DNA of 64,000 nt from Psammoneis japonica (lineage: Eukaryota): positions 248,001 through 312,000 of the forward strand of contig QPGO01000050.1 in the NCBI GenBank assembly GCA_008632985.1, read 5' to 3'. Every line of letters begins with the position of its first letter. Position 1 is the stretch's first letter. The notes beneath the pieces are model-generated. The model saw nothing but the letters and a program-made list of their open reading frames with translations, had not been told where the DNA came from and searched no databases. Below are positions 1 to 12,960 of this stretch, piece by piece. Made by a program: the position numbers and the translations under genes.

Positions 1-482
1 TTGGCATGGTGACCCTGGGTTGGCAACAAGCAGCTCAAAGTGCAACACAAGCAACAGAGCCGGACATCCAGTGGACCTTCTGACCTTTTGGCAGCGGGCG
101 CGCTTCTGCCATCCAGTCGTTGGCACAAGGATGTGAAGGATCCAAACGCATGGCCTCCGTTCACCGCATTTTGTGTTCACTTTCGTGTCCGATTGATTCT
201 GACGGGCAAGAAAAATCCAAAGGGAACTGCCAAAGATGCATGCATGCCAGTTCACACCGGTACGAGTGGGGCCCTACGGTACACGCGACGCACAGAAGAT
301 GCAGTAGGATGCGGCACGGAAGCAAACCGTCGTCCGTCGTTCGGTGAAGATGAGAAGGCTGAGGGCGGGCGGCAGGGGCTGGACCAACAGTTCACTAAAA
401 TATACTTTGTGTACTATGGTCCTTCTGTTCTGAGTTCGAACTTGAGATCATCAATAGCAAATGAACAATCAGACAAAGCAGA

Positions 483-1361
483 CTATTTTGATATTGGTCT
501 TTGCGATACCTCACTCGAAATAAACCCTTCACCAGACCATGGTTCCCAGCCGGATTCCATAGATTGTTTCAAGTCGGATTGGTAGTTGAGAAATTCAATT
601 AATGATCCATCAGCATCGTAGATGAACGCCAATTCGTAGACGCTCCCTCCGATTATTTGCTGTCTTGGTTCTAACGCTATTCGTAAAGACTTCCCAAACG
701 ATTCCATGCTGGTGGCATTCAAATCCCGCATCCAATCCTTGAGTCCGTATGATTCATCGTCGACAATCAACTTTTTCCGCTCTTGTATGGCCCCAGTAGC
801 ATCCAACGCCAGGTGGTTCCAACCTAACAAATCTTGTCGCTTCATCAGATCAAACGATCTTCGCTTCTTTCCTGCTGGTTCGTTAAGCATATAGGAAGGT
901 ACTTCAATCAATTCGATTCTACTATTGGATGAATCGTGTGAAAGCCAAGCAGCTTTTGCGGGTCCAGCACGAAACTTTGACTGAACTTCAAATCCCAAAA
1001 GACTGTAGAACTGAATAGCAACCGTGATGTTCCGCGTCTTAACAGCCGCGTGGTGTGACATGAGCCCAGCAGCAACGGGTGCCTTTTTGTCGTTCGAAGA
1101 GAAAGGAGACTCGCCAGCCACCATCCATCTCTTCCCTCTATATACCTTGGTATTTGAATGAAACCGCTGCAACGGACTGAAGTGGGATGCCGCGGCAGCA
1201 CCGTGACGTTCAGTGATGATTGGCCTTGAAGCTGTCAATGCTTGACCATCATGCCAGCATTTCGTGCTCATAGTCACGACTAACAAAGATAATAGCGGCT
1301 TCGCATATCCATTGATTCTGAGTTGCCAGAATCGTTGATTCGCTGGTGCATAGGGCACCAT
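483..1361 (-). CDS. Glyoxalase/bleomycin-resistance (VOC) family protein with N-terminal extension
   Basis: ORF with VOC motifs HHAAVKTRNITVAIQFYSLLGF, RIELIE, GWNHLALD and AFIYDADGSLIEFL. First ATG at 1361. Confidence 0.8.
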   Translation of the reverse strand: MVPYAPANQRFWQLRINGYAKPLLSLLVVTMSTKCWHDGQALTASRPIITERHGAAAASHFSPLQRFHSNTKVYRGKRWMVAGESPFSSNDKKAPVAAGLMSHHAAVKTRNITVAIQFYSLLGFEVQSKFRAGPAKAAWLSHDSSNSRIELIEVPSYMLNEPAGKKRRSFDLMKRQDLLGWNHLALDATGAIQERKKLIVDDESYGLKDWMRDLNATSMESFGKSLRIALEPRQQIIGGSVYELAFIYDADGSLIEFLNYQSDLKQSMESGWEPWSGEGFISSEVSQRPISK

Positions 1362-2236
1362 CGTCAACCCTTTTGTTGTTTTGCGTTTGCCGAGAAAAAA
1401 AATGCATCCGACAGCCGGCGCCTGTCCACTGTCCGATGCACTCCATTCTGGTTGATTCGCGGAGCTCGTCGCGGAAAAGCTCGTGACGACTCCCAACTTT
1501 CGAACTTGTCCCGTACTGTTTAGAGACTCCCATCTCTTCTATCAACAAGTATGGCACTATTCTTGGCGATGATATATGGTCAGGTTAGAGGCGACGACAC
1601 GCAGGAAAGAACTAGTGACAGACTCAGATCATGGGAAACAAGCTATCCGTTCTAGACGGTCAACGTGTTTGAAATGTTAAAGTTGGTCCCCCACGGCATG
1701 CGCCGAAGTTTTGAGTATTCGAGGCGACAAGATCGAAGAAGGGCAGCACTCTGGTCCCAATCTACAAGTGACTGACTTGGAATTTTGTGATGCTACTCCT
1801 TCTGGTGGGGCGTGAGTGGAAAAGTGACAATCCGAGTTTCTGAGCCCATGTCAATCTAGCGCGGACATCGTCCCACTCGTTCCAATGATGGGATAAAGAC
1901 GCATCTTCTTATGACCAAAGCTCTTGACAGTGAGCATGATGGCAACTCCAATCTTGTTTTTCAGAAACCGAAAGTGAATGGGTTGACGTGAAACTGCCGG
2001 CGCAGTCTGGCTCCTGTACAGTAGCTGTAATCCGACAACCTTCAACGAGAAAGGCCAACAAACGTGACCCAAGTACTCAATATTGGTCAGAGTATCAAGA
2101 ATCTTAACAACTCTCAGGCGTTGCATTCTCAGAATTTCGATAGTCTAGCATTCCCTGATTCCGTTGAAGATCTGATCATCGCAGCCAGGCGAAAGAATGG
2201 GATGAACATCGTCAGAGCACACATACAGATCTTTCG

Positions 2237-2998
2237 CTAAAGGACTTTCTCATCAATCCAATCGCAGACAATATCAATGATCTCATTTTCATCGAGATTC
2301 GTCAAACCTACAGTGGTCACAATCCCTACGCTGTCACTGTCATCGTTGGGAGTGTGGCGTCTAGCGGCGTCTTGGACTCCTTTCACAAATTCGGGTTCAT
2401 TGCTCGAATTCATCATTAGCATTGGCACTGAGCCAGGTTCAAGTTTGAGGGGACGCGATTGCGCTCCTCCGTGTACAAGTTGTTCTGCACGTTTGGATTC
2501 CACCTCTTTCGCCGAAAGATTGTCCATGTACACCTGTATCATGCTCTGTTCTTTATCAACTTTTTCCTCGGCGCTGAGTGTAGGATCGACCAGCACTAGC
2601 CCTGCCAAAGGAAGGCTCTCCAGGTAGTACTGTGACACAAGCGACCAAATGGGACCTCTTGCAATTAACACAATGTTGTGCAGCGCGTCCAAGTCGTTTG
2701 TGAGCCCCTCAAGCACACTTTCCAGCGTGCTACTCGCTGTAATCTCGAGGGCAACATGACAAAAATGCAAACCTCGCTCGTTCGGTAACACTTGACTGAA
2801 CTTGGGCTCCCATGATCTTGAATAGCATCCCATGTTTTCGATCAGCGCCACGGTACACGGGCGCTCTGGCACAGTTGAATCAAGGGGCGGTTCGATGGAC
2901 TTTGTTACAACACTTCTCATCACAGAAACGCGAGACACTGGATGCAGGCTAAGCCGAATCATGTGTGGCGAGCGCAGTCCAATTCGATAATGCATCAT
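2237..2998 (-). CDS. Alpha/beta-hydrolase-fold-like protein, probably with a degenerate nucleophile elbow
   Basis: 253-aa ORF. IVLIARGPIWSLVSQYYLESLPLAGLVLVDP resembles the strand-elbow-helix-strand core of alpha/beta hydrolases but lacks GxSxG. Confidence 0.55.
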   Translation of the reverse strand: MMHYRIGLRSPHMIRLSLHPVSRVSVMRSVVTKSIEPPLDSTVPERPCTVALIENMGCYSRSWEPKFSQVLPNERGLHFCHVALEITASSTLESVLEGLTNDLDALHNIVLIARGPIWSLVSQYYLESLPLAGLVLVDPTLSAEEKVDKEQSMIQVYMDNLSAKEVESKRAEQLVHGGAQSRPLKLEPGSVPMLMMNSSNEPEFVKGVQDAARRHTPNDDSDSVGIVTTVGLTNLDENEIIDIVCDWIDEKVL

Positions 2999-3739
2999 AA
3001 ATGTTGACGTTCGACAAGATTGGAAGATTAGACATTCGACAGGATCTTGTCATCGCATAGCAACAACAGCAACAAAAAATCTGGCGCCAGCCGTCCAACC
3101 TTGGTCCGTTCCGACGGCGAGCATCGATGGATCGGATACCGATGAGAGGGTTTCTTCGGACAACTTCAAACTAGAGTAGAGACGACTACAACGTGCTATG
3201 GAGACAGTAGTTCTACTTCCTTCGCCTTTCGATGAGCTTATTGAAAGAAGTCTCAAAAGACCGCGAACAGCTCCTTTCTAGCAGTAGGTAGAATCATTAT
3301 CAAGTGGATGTAGTCTTCAGAAGCGAACGCGAGATAAGGATGCTCGCTCCCGTGCACCCAGAACCGACCAAAACCACGCAGTCGGTGAAGAAAGCAGTAT
3401 GATTTCTGAGCATTGAAATATGATCAGAACATTGTTTCAACTTCTCCCCTGCTTCCTTGGCAATCAACTCGGAAGATACGACAGCATACTCCTTGCACGA
3501 ATCACAAAGTTACCGAGTTTCCCGCCCACTGCACCATGCTTCACACGAACAAAACATACTATACCAGTTGGGTAGTCTCGACCCACTAAGTCGATAAGAA
3601 AATACCTACCTATTGAGGTCATACCTACATTTTGATCTTGCACCGCTGTTCCCTTCGCAAACTGTTAATGAATCACCCTTGTAACCATCAAATCGAAATA
3701 GCCTTACACGCCGTAGCACAAAACAGACCATGAACACTG

Positions 3740-4364
3740 TTAGTACGGCATTCCCCTTCCCATTCCTGGCGGTGGTCCAGCACCAGGAGGTGGCGGCGGC
3801 GGTCCGCCCATGTTTGGGGCAGCTCCAACACCGTGAACAGGTGCAGCTCCTAAACCAGCCGGCGCCATTCCTGGCATTCCCGGTACCCCCGCTCCTACAA
3901 CGGACGCTGTTCCACGTCCAGCTCCTCGTGCCATTCCTGGTCCTCCTGGTTGCAGCTTGGAACCCTGCGTCGGTGGTGGCGGTCCCTCGACAGCTAGGCT
4001 TACCACATTTTCACCACGCACAAGCACCAGCCCTAAGCTTCGTTTTTCCAACCGCTCTTCCACCACGGCAGAGGATCCTTTGCTTCGGAGTGTACGAAAT
4101 TCTTCCGCTTCGCTCAAGACCAAATTCAAATGTTTATCAAACGCCAAGAAGGTACCCAAAATGACACGACCGTCGTGCAACGTTACGCGCATACGGTGTT
4201 CCACATACCGCAACAGTTTGCTTCCCTTTCCACTCGGCTAGACAGATTAAGAAACGGCGACAGATGTAGTGGTGAGGAAATCATGAGTGTAGCTAGGGTG
4301 GGAAAACGAAGCATTCAATAAACAAAGGCACACTCCAGACAACGCAATGCAATAAACTCACCAT
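3740..4364 (-). CDS. SNRPB: Small nuclear ribonucleoprotein SmB/B'; join(4362..4364, 3740..4237)
   Basis: Sm1 motif [33 protein letters not shown], Sm2 motif [14 protein letters not shown] and a Gly/Pro/RG-rich tail. An ATG-only first exon is followed by a GTGAGT...TAG intron (4361-4238), giving [12 protein letters not shown]. Confidence 0.93.
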
Positions 4365-4987
4365 GGTGCTGTTTTTTTTTTGTGGTGGCTCCATGCCATC
4401 TGCCATCTGCGCGCTGAGAAACGCGCAGGACAGTCGGACAGGGCAAGGAATCAGGAACTTTCAGACTAGCTATCGTAAGAACCTCTTAGATGAAGAATAC
4501 TCTCTCTAAAACAGTACGTAACGTACTCTCTAAGGCCTACTCTCTAAAGAGAAGTACTCTAGCTAGAGAGTAGAGAGCAGCGTGTAGTTTAAAGTGCGGA
4601 TGTCAGCGAAGCTAGAGTAGAGAGTAGGGCCTATCTAAGCCCATAAGCTGTTTTGGATTGTAGCCTCGTGGCTTTCTTGGTAAATCGCTCTCTATCTACT
4701 CTAGCTAGAGAGGCACACGCAAGAATCAGCGTGACAATCAGGATAGATAGTACTAGCCATATGATAATACCGCAGGATGTATCTACTTCTAATATGGATA
4801 TCGTAACAACGTCGTGCACGGTACGGTGAATCAGATCTGTTACAAATCTGCTTCGTTGACGAAACAGTGATGAAGGCCAAGTTGCGTCAATTCTACGTGC
4901 CTAACCGCCTTTGCTTGAAAAGAACGTGGAAAAAGCTTGACGAAGTCTTCGATGCAAAGACACCAGAGGGCGACAATTTGACTACTA

Positions 4988-6348
4988 TCAAAGAGACAGC
5001 CAAAGATTTCCGTCGAGCAAATCATCCCAGTCTGTGATTTGCCAGGACCCCATGTCATGGATTGGACTAGAGCCATCCACCGGAAAAGCCGTCTGCACCT
5101 CATTTTCTAGTCTCACCAAATGCGTTACAGTTCGAGCCTTTTCGTCGGCGTGCCCTTGTATTATTTCACCAGTCTTCAAATCCACAACGCTGAATATCTC
5201 CTGACACTCAACAGAGACTTGCGCCACAACGGTACCATACCAAACATGTTGTTCACGTGGTTCGGTTTGATATACAGCGGTTTCTTTTGCTAGTTGGTCT
5301 GCAATCTCCATCCCAAATCTCATTGCATCGGTCCCGCTGGGTGCCCGCCCTAGCGTTTCTGCACGCTTTGCCATTTCTTGACGCATATTGTATGCATGCT
5401 TCAAGGCTGGTTTCGATGCAACCATATCGCGAGTCAAAAAGGGAATCCATGCCAAGCTCTCCAATGTCGCAGATGTGGGCTGGCACTCCAATCGTATTCG
5501 CATGTTTCCTTTCCCACACTCATGAGCCGACTCGTACAGGTGACGCAATTTTGCTTCCAGCATGTATTCCACCTCGGGACAGAATTGAACAGCGTCCTCT
5601 GCGCTATCCTTTTCTTTTGATTGTTCATCGTTTGATAGGTCTACATCGTTTTCAACATCAAGTCTAAAGCTGATTTCGTCTTTGTCATCGGACTTAATTT
5701 CCTCGAATGGTACTTTAGTATGGGCGAAAGCGGCTTGAGCAGGGATGAACAAATCGAATCGTTGGACTATCTGCTCAACTTACCTCGATAAGTATTTGAA
5801 ATTATAGCTGCTACTCCTTGCGAGAAGGCCCAAGAACATGATTCCGCCAAGTCATGTCGCCACTGATTGCCAGCCAAAATCCGATACCACGGAACCAAAA
5901 GTCGATTAGCAGAGATGGCTTCCAAAATCCACGGCGCATACCATGGAAACTCAAATGGTACACCAGGCCCAAATACACCTCCCTGCTCTACATTGTCTCT
6001 TGTGCCCTTGATCAATCGTGGAAGTGGTTCGGATTCATGTCGCCATGGGAAAACAGCGAGTGGCGGCGTTACAGCTATCGATCCCTGGGGTCGAACCAAG
6101 TCAGGGGAGTCTGTTGTGGACGCGGATGATGATGGTTGTGTTGAAGAGGAGAATGATTTTCTCACCGACTCATTCTGAAAATGATATGCACGGCGTTGTT
6201 GCTTTGGCTGCCACGGTGCTCTTCCAATTTCGAAACTGCTCTTCCGTCGGCCCTCGTTGAGAAAATCGAGCCACCTGCTGTGACTTCTCAAGACGGATAC
6301 GTAACGTTGCCTGAGCGAACTACGCGACATTTTTAGATGGCTAATCAT
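4988..6348 (-). CDS. Tim44-like domain protein (likely mitochondrial), 2 exons
   Basis: Two ORFs join via a GTAAG...AAG intron (~5783-5713) as TYR-V-PFEE. The C-terminus EIFSVVDLKTGEIIQG...THLVRLE...WQITDWD fits a Tim44/Mba1-like fold, and the N-terminus is Arg/Ser-rich. Confidence 0.65.
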
Positions 6349-6840
6349 TGCACTTGGGTGACTTGTCGTGGGAGAAGGATAACTCTAGAGACAAACCAAC
6401 TTTACAGGTGCGGCAAGAACGTGCATTAAATGATTCTACACACCATCTTAGTGACGCAGATTTGCAGGTTCGGCAATGCACAAGACACAAGATCCACCGC
6501 CGATGCCCGCCCACCGATCATGCTGAAAAATCGGATGCCGGTTGCCCGACAGACATTCCATCGCGTGTTTGCAGCATGCTATGGCTGGGTTGCTCCACTT
6601 CCCCTCTCTAGTAGAGAGTAGTTTGGACATAAAGAGTAAATAAACTAAAAGCAAGCTAAATGTAAGATAAACAACGCAAACTCATCTGTAGAGTGCTGCA
6701 ATTTAACTCTAGAGCATAGATCAGAAGATGTTCGAGGAAGTCACATTGTACAAGATGAGCAAAACCAATCGGTCGAGCTCCCGAGCTGCTTGAGTCGACA
6801 CTCCATGGTGTACTCGGGACTTTCTGATATTTTCAAATCA

Positions 6841-7269
6841 TCATTGACTAATGAAAATATTGCCTTGTTTTCGATAACGAGACGTAGCTTTGCGCTTTCG
6901 CCGCGGCCAGCAACTTCTTCTTCGACCGCAGCCACTGCTCGTCGAGTTGTTACTTCCACTGTTGCTGCTGTTGAAGCTAAACCCATCTTCATCATCGGAG
7001 TCAAACCATTGGTTATGATCTCGTCGTTGAAATTCTCTTTTCCCCGATGAATCGAAAACAAAATCCAGAGCTCTAGCTATCCACGATTGCTCCGGATCCA
7101 CGGCACTCTGAATTTCATCCTCAAACACATTATGTGACACGCCGAAGCATGCCGATACCGCCATCATTTGATGATTCTGACTTGAGTAATGATATCTATT
7201 GGAATGGTGCTTCTTGTGAAAGTCAGACCAGCTCTCTCGTTTCTCTGCGACACTTGCTGAAGCAAGCAT
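6841..7269 (-). CDS. Hypothetical protein
   Basis: 142-aa ATG-initiated ORF in the gene-dense region; no recognisable domain. Confidence 0.35.
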   Translation of the reverse strand: MLASASVAEKRESWSDFHKKHHSNRYHYSSQNHQMMAVSACFGVSHNVFEDEIQSAVDPEQSWIARALDFVFDSSGKREFQRRDHNQWFDSDDEDGFSFNSSNSGSNNSTSSGCGRRRSCWPRRKRKATSRYRKQGNIFISQ

Positions 7270-7761
7270 TCTCGTTGTGTGTTGTGCACTGCCTTTTACG
7301 TCGATTTTCGTACAAGAAAGACTGAGTTATGGCTGAACTTCCGACAATAGCTTCTTCTCAATAATTTAATATATCAAGTATAATCGAAGTTGCGAATACG
7401 ATTGCGTTTAGTTTTATTGGCAGTGTCATCGGTCGAACAAAATTGTGAGAAGCGAACCAGATTGAACGTGGAAGACCTTGTTTTCAGTCACGGCAAGCTA
7501 AATCACGACTGAATTACGTCACTTCTTAACGGTCGGTGCCCTTTCTCCTCATCACTTTTTGAACCGGCCGTGCCGCACAATCGGTATCCATAGTCTGGGC
7601 GGGCCTATCGACACCGGTACAAAGTACAATTATTGGGCACCTTCTAGCTAGGAAAAGGTACAATACTACATGGATAAGTAACTAAACACTGCAGCTAATT
7701 TCTAAGACATTCACTACTTTCTCCAGACATTATCACATTCCCCTCTACCGGTAGATCTGAA

Positions 7762-9335
7762 CTACATCCACGACGAAAACGACTCGACTCTGTTTTTGGA
7801 CCACTTCTTCACTGCTGAGTTCTGCATGAAGAGGGTTTGCAGGAGATAAGCCGAAAGCATGGTGACTCCCATAAAGACTCCGAACCACCCACGGCCTTTC
7901 AACACACCGCCCCATAATTTCCCCGCAATCAAACGCTTGTAAAAGACCTGCCCAATCGGACCGTGAACAATGTAAATGGGGAAGGACAAACCTCCAAGCC
8001 ATACGAGCAACTTGGAAGATAGAAACGATGAAATTGGATCCTTGATACCCTGTACCGCGTTGCGATGTGTGCCCATGAGAAAACGGAGAAAGAGCGGGGT
8101 GAATAGGACTGCCCGGACAAGCAAATCCGACACGGGTGGAATTCCCATACTCTCGGGCGCAGCCCGTGCTGCCAAAACAGCGACAAGTCCCAGTAGCGGG
8201 CCCACTGAGGAAAGCTTGCTGGTTTTTACTTCGGGCTTGTCCTTGCTGTCCATACCATCTAGCATGACGATACGGCAAGCGACAGCGCCCATGATCACTT
8301 CGGCCAGGTTAAAAATGGGAAGAAAACGTTGTCCGTTGAAGACTGCATACGCCTTGTGGAGCTTTGGAGCAGTCATTCCTTCCACGATTTGCCATGCCCC
8401 ATGGTCATATGCATAGCCAAGCTTTGGCAACAAGTTGAATAGGAACAGCCAGCCCGCAGTCTTTTTCAAGCTGCGCTTATCCATTGTGGCAATCTTTGGC
8501 AGAGCAAATGGCAAAATCGCATTGGCAAATGTCAAACTTGACAAGAACCACGTCGGAGCATTCCAAACTTCAGCCTAAAGTGAGAATCAAAGCAGATTTG
8601 TTTGAGTCCGAGCACAGAATAGAGGTGCAACTGTACATGTCTACCGGGCACCACTTGCTCTCGGACTCTTCAACACTAAAATATGGTACTTACATGCATT
8701 GGGAACCAGGCTTGAGTCAATGTAAATGAGAGAAATCCATTCCATAGAGCCGTAAGCCAATTGTTGTAGTGGACGTCCGCATAAAGAAAGATGGGAGAGA
8801 AAAGGAGCAATACCAGCCAGTGCAGCGGTAAGTACCCCATGTTTTTGCTCATGCACCATTTCTGTGAAGGCGTTTCCGTCAGTCTGGGAGACGCAGTGCG
8901 CTCTCCAACATTGGTTGACGTGTAAGCTGCAAAGTAGCCCGCCAGCGCAAAGAAGGCTCCCACCGTCACGTTGATTTGAGCAAAGAATTTCATTATAAAA
9001 TCCGAAGGAGCTGCGAAGCGGACAAAGTGTCCAAGAACAATGTGCATAATGAGAAAAAATCTCACTCCGTCCAGTGCTGTTAGTCGAAGCTTTGAGGAGG
9101 ATGGAGGAGCAGGAGTTGGGGAACCGGTTTGCTTGAGAGCAGAACCTCCGCCACCGCCACCACGAACCCGGAGAATATCATTCTCGGTCTTGCGCTTCGC
9201 AAAGTCGCCTGTCATTGTATTGACTTGGAACGCCAAGGAGGGTTTTGGAGCAACGGGATTCGCAAAAGCAGATACACGTGTTGGGTCAAGAAAGATAGTG
9301 AAGGCCAGGATCGAAAGAAGAACTGGTCTGATCAT
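7762..9335 (-). CDS. Acyltransferase-3 (OafA-like) membrane protein with bipartite plastid-type targeting; join(8694..9335, 7762..8574)
   Basis: Motifs RLTALDGVRFF..HIVLGH, VGAFFALAGY, WNAPTWFLS and LGGLSFPIYIVHGP. Phase-0 GTAAGT...TTTAG intron at 8693-8575. N-terminus MIRPVLLSILAFTIFLDPTRVSAFANP is a signal peptide followed by an SAF motif. Confidence 0.85.
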
Positions 9336-10240
9336 TGTCGTAACAACAAAGTGTTGGTGTGTTTTTTGTTGTTGGTATTGGTTATTGGCGATTTCCAGAT
9401 TGGGAGTTCGCGATCTTTCGACGGTTCGCATGAAGATCCAGGGGGGCTTGTTGGGATACCGTGCGTACTGCATGGAGCCGAGTATCTTTCTACCGGTACG
9501 TGTTTCTACGCCGCCAAAGATCGCGGTTCGCAAGATACGTCATAAACCCGTCATCATCATCGGACACGCATCCAGACTGTGAGTAAAGAGGGAGAGAGAG
9601 ATAGGGCTACAGTACCGGTAGATAGAGCGAGGTAAGGTAACTTACATGTACTGTAACACCTCTTATCCTCTACTACTAGCTAGTAGCTAGTACCGGTAAG
9701 GTAACCAGTACTCACTTCTGCTTGATGATTCTTCGTGATGATGATAACAGGTGGCATTTACGTGTTGATCGTTGTGCTTGTTCTTTCCTGTACTGCTCCA
9801 AGCAATGTGGCTGCACTCTGTGCTGCAGCGCCACGACATTACTCTTGTATCATAGCTTTTTCTTTCTTTCGCCTCGTGTACAGTATTCACATCCAACGGT
9901 CCACACTGGCCATCATGTATCAAGTTCCCCACAAGGGCTGTGCGAGTGTTCGTAACATTGCTAGCCGGTCAGTCCAACTTTATGGGACTGCGATAGGAGG
10001 GAATGGGCTCACAGAAACGACGTCTCTTTACTTCAACGACGCACGACGATGAAATCTCACGGGCCTACCGGAGCATCGATTTTGGTCCCGAAGTGCAATT
10101 TTCAAAACGTAGATAGTTGTCAATCAAGGAGACCTGCCTCGTTCAACAAGCCAATCGAGTACCGCTCAAAATATGATAGAACTTTCTCCGGGGACAACTA
10201 CGTATCGATTTTCTTTCTCTTGGTGCGATTTGTGTAGCTT

Positions 10241-12510
10241 CTAATCTTCCTTCTTACTCTCCTCCTTCTCGAGCAGAATATTCCGCTCGCAAGAACCTTC
10301 GAGCAACAACTTCGATTGGTAGTCGCTGGATGTGGGCCTTTTCATTAATTCGCGCAGTGCCATTGTAGCGTACGCCGACGCAGGCAAAGTGAATCCAATC
10401 ACCATTGCTAGAAGAATGGGCTTCTCTTTACTGATGTCCTCGTCTTTCGGTTGGCTGTTGCGGAAATGTCCGCACTGTTTTTAGCTGGAGAATCAAGTTT
10501 TCGTTTCTTACTCTCCGGGACAATGTTATCGAGCTTCATTAATCCGTTTGCAGCAGCGGTTGGTATGGATCAAGATACTCCTTGATCTCAAAGTCAACAT
10601 TCGTTGGCTTACACACCACCTTGCGGTAGTCCCCGCCAATGCCAATTCTCTATCAGCTATTTTCACAAAGTCCTTCTTGGTCAGACCTGCTTCCCCAACA
10701 AGGTATCAAAGAGCTCCCCCGACTCATTTTTGGGTACAGAACCTTGGATCCCACAAGTGGTAGCACCAAATCTGTAACGTCGTAGGTCCCTTTCGAAATA
10801 TCCTCCTCAGTCACCACTTTTACCTCCTTTGACCCGAGACCAGATGTGCTGGAACCATTGTCGTTGTCCTTAAGGAGGATCAATCACCCACCATGAGTGA
10901 ATCGTTACTCTTGTGATTCTCTGTGAAGCAATGTGATTCCACACGTAACTTTGCAAGGCATGAAGAAATATGAGCCGCAGATTCTTGGGTATCGAAGCAA
11001 ACGCCCTCTTGTAATCAAAGGCTTGTGAATCAAACTTCTCAGGATAGCGACTTCACAAGTCATGAAACGTCCAAAGTCCCGAATCACTTGCTTAGCCACC
11101 TTGGACTCAATCACAGTCCTTGCTTTCATCTTCTCCTCGCCGTCTTCGATTTCTTCCATGTCGTCAAATCGATTCTTCCATTGCTTTCGAGCCTTGGTGA
11201 ACCGAAATGGTTCATCGTCACCTTTAGGGCGAAGAATAATATCCACGGCCTCCTCAAAATCGCCCTTCAGAACGGCGATTCCAACCTTGTGCGTATCATG
11301 AAACTTTCCAAATCGTTGCATTCCAAAGTAATTGATAAAGCCATAGTCTCGCAAGCTTGTAGCTGCCTTTGTCAAACAGTGCTTCGTATGTGAAATACGA
11401 GAATCATCCGAGTCTAATTGCGGCGCTTCGACATTTCTTAGTACCACGTCAAAATGATTCCCCTTCAACATTCCCAACATGAGTTCCTTTTCGACGTATT
11501 CAAAGTTTCCTACCCTCATTACGCTCACACCCTTGTGAGAAGAGTGACCTCCACCACGGTTTCGTCCAAACAATCGATTAATCTTGCTTACTTCCGACGC
11601 ATCCTTGCGGTACAGAGTGCAGAATTGAGAGGTGACACCCCGTTTGTCTTTCATTCCCGCATATCCTATTCGAGCACGATTCCTCCTGTTGTGATCCAAA
11701 GCCTGGCAGATTTCCTTGATCGCCATGCTCGTGTCAGCGTTCTCCTTGTATAGGACAAACTTCAAAAAGTCGGGTCGATCGGCTGGCCATGGCATTTTCT
11801 TTTTCTTTTCGCGACGACCTCGATTGTTATTGTCAAACTTGTTGTAATTTGGCATTTCCTTTTCAAACCGAACATGCCATATGCGTACTTTTCCATCAAT
11901 CGTATCTGCTCGTGCGCAAGTCAATGAGGAACGGATCCATTCATGGACTGCACGACGAACTGTCTTTTCTGCAATTGGAGGCAATGTGACATTTTTCTCC
12001 ATAGCATTACCATCGTTTCCTTGTTTCTCGCTATTACGCTCTTCCCAATAAAGCAGCATTGCAACAACCTTTTCAGCAACGTCTTGGCCAACCCATTCGG
12101 TCAACTGAGGTATCGCACCCTCTTTCCAATCTGTTGCAGCAGGTTTTGATGCGTGATTGTCTTGACTGCTAGTTTTCGAAGACTCGTCACTCTCTAATTT
12201 GCGTTTTCGGTTCAGCTCAGTATACTCTTTGATCGTGTTGCCCTCATCCTTCTGGTCATCCTCCTCGTTGCTCAACACTGCAAGTGAATCAAGGCGAGCC
12301 ATGTTTCCGTTAATGTCAACTAAGGATAACATTTTAACATGTTCAAAGTGAGATAACTTCTTTTCCATAGATGATATATTTCTTCGTCTTACCCTCGTGC
12401 ACCACAAAATCGGAATACCGTGCCTTGGATACCGCGGCGAATCCATCATGCTGCTTGGAAGCAAAGGTTGAAATACCCATTTCGATCTCCATGCTATTGT
12501 ACCGATCCAT
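10241..12510 (-). CDS. PUS7: Pseudouridine synthase TruD/PUS7 family; 3' third frameshifted in this sequence
   Basis: Exon 1 KARYSDFVVHE followed by a GTAAG intron. Catalytic GYAGMKDKRGVT, LKGNHFDVVLR, GFINYFGMQRFG, then in shifted frames LHALQSYVWN, GDYRK and FTLPASAYATMALRE. Confidence 0.9.
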
Positions 12511-12960
12511 GTTGCTTCTGCTTTACAAGTGATTCTACAATATCCAGCCCGACTTGCGCTGCTCTGTCGTTTTGTCGTTCGAATGCCGTCAAGCTTTTCG
12601 CCCCTAAACTCTCATCATTGTTGCCGTCAGCGGTCAGCGGTCAGCGGTCAGCAGCGGGGGCGGCGCCATTTTTTTTCTTCCCGCGCGTCTGTCATCGGAT
12701 CGTCGTCAGTGCTGTCAGCGCCACACATCCGAACGAACGCAGACAGTGCAGTGAGACCGGGATCGAAAAGCTGGAAACCACGCAACAAAACCAAAGCCAA
12801 ACTTTCGGATACGCTAATAAACGACTATTTTTGTATCCTCATATCCATGAATGAACCTTATTTTTTACTCTAGGGGTTACTGGTGCCTGTCCGACCGTCC
12901 ACCGGCCGCGCATTATGTCCGGATCACGGCATTTTCTGATCTGTCAAACGAGACGAGACA

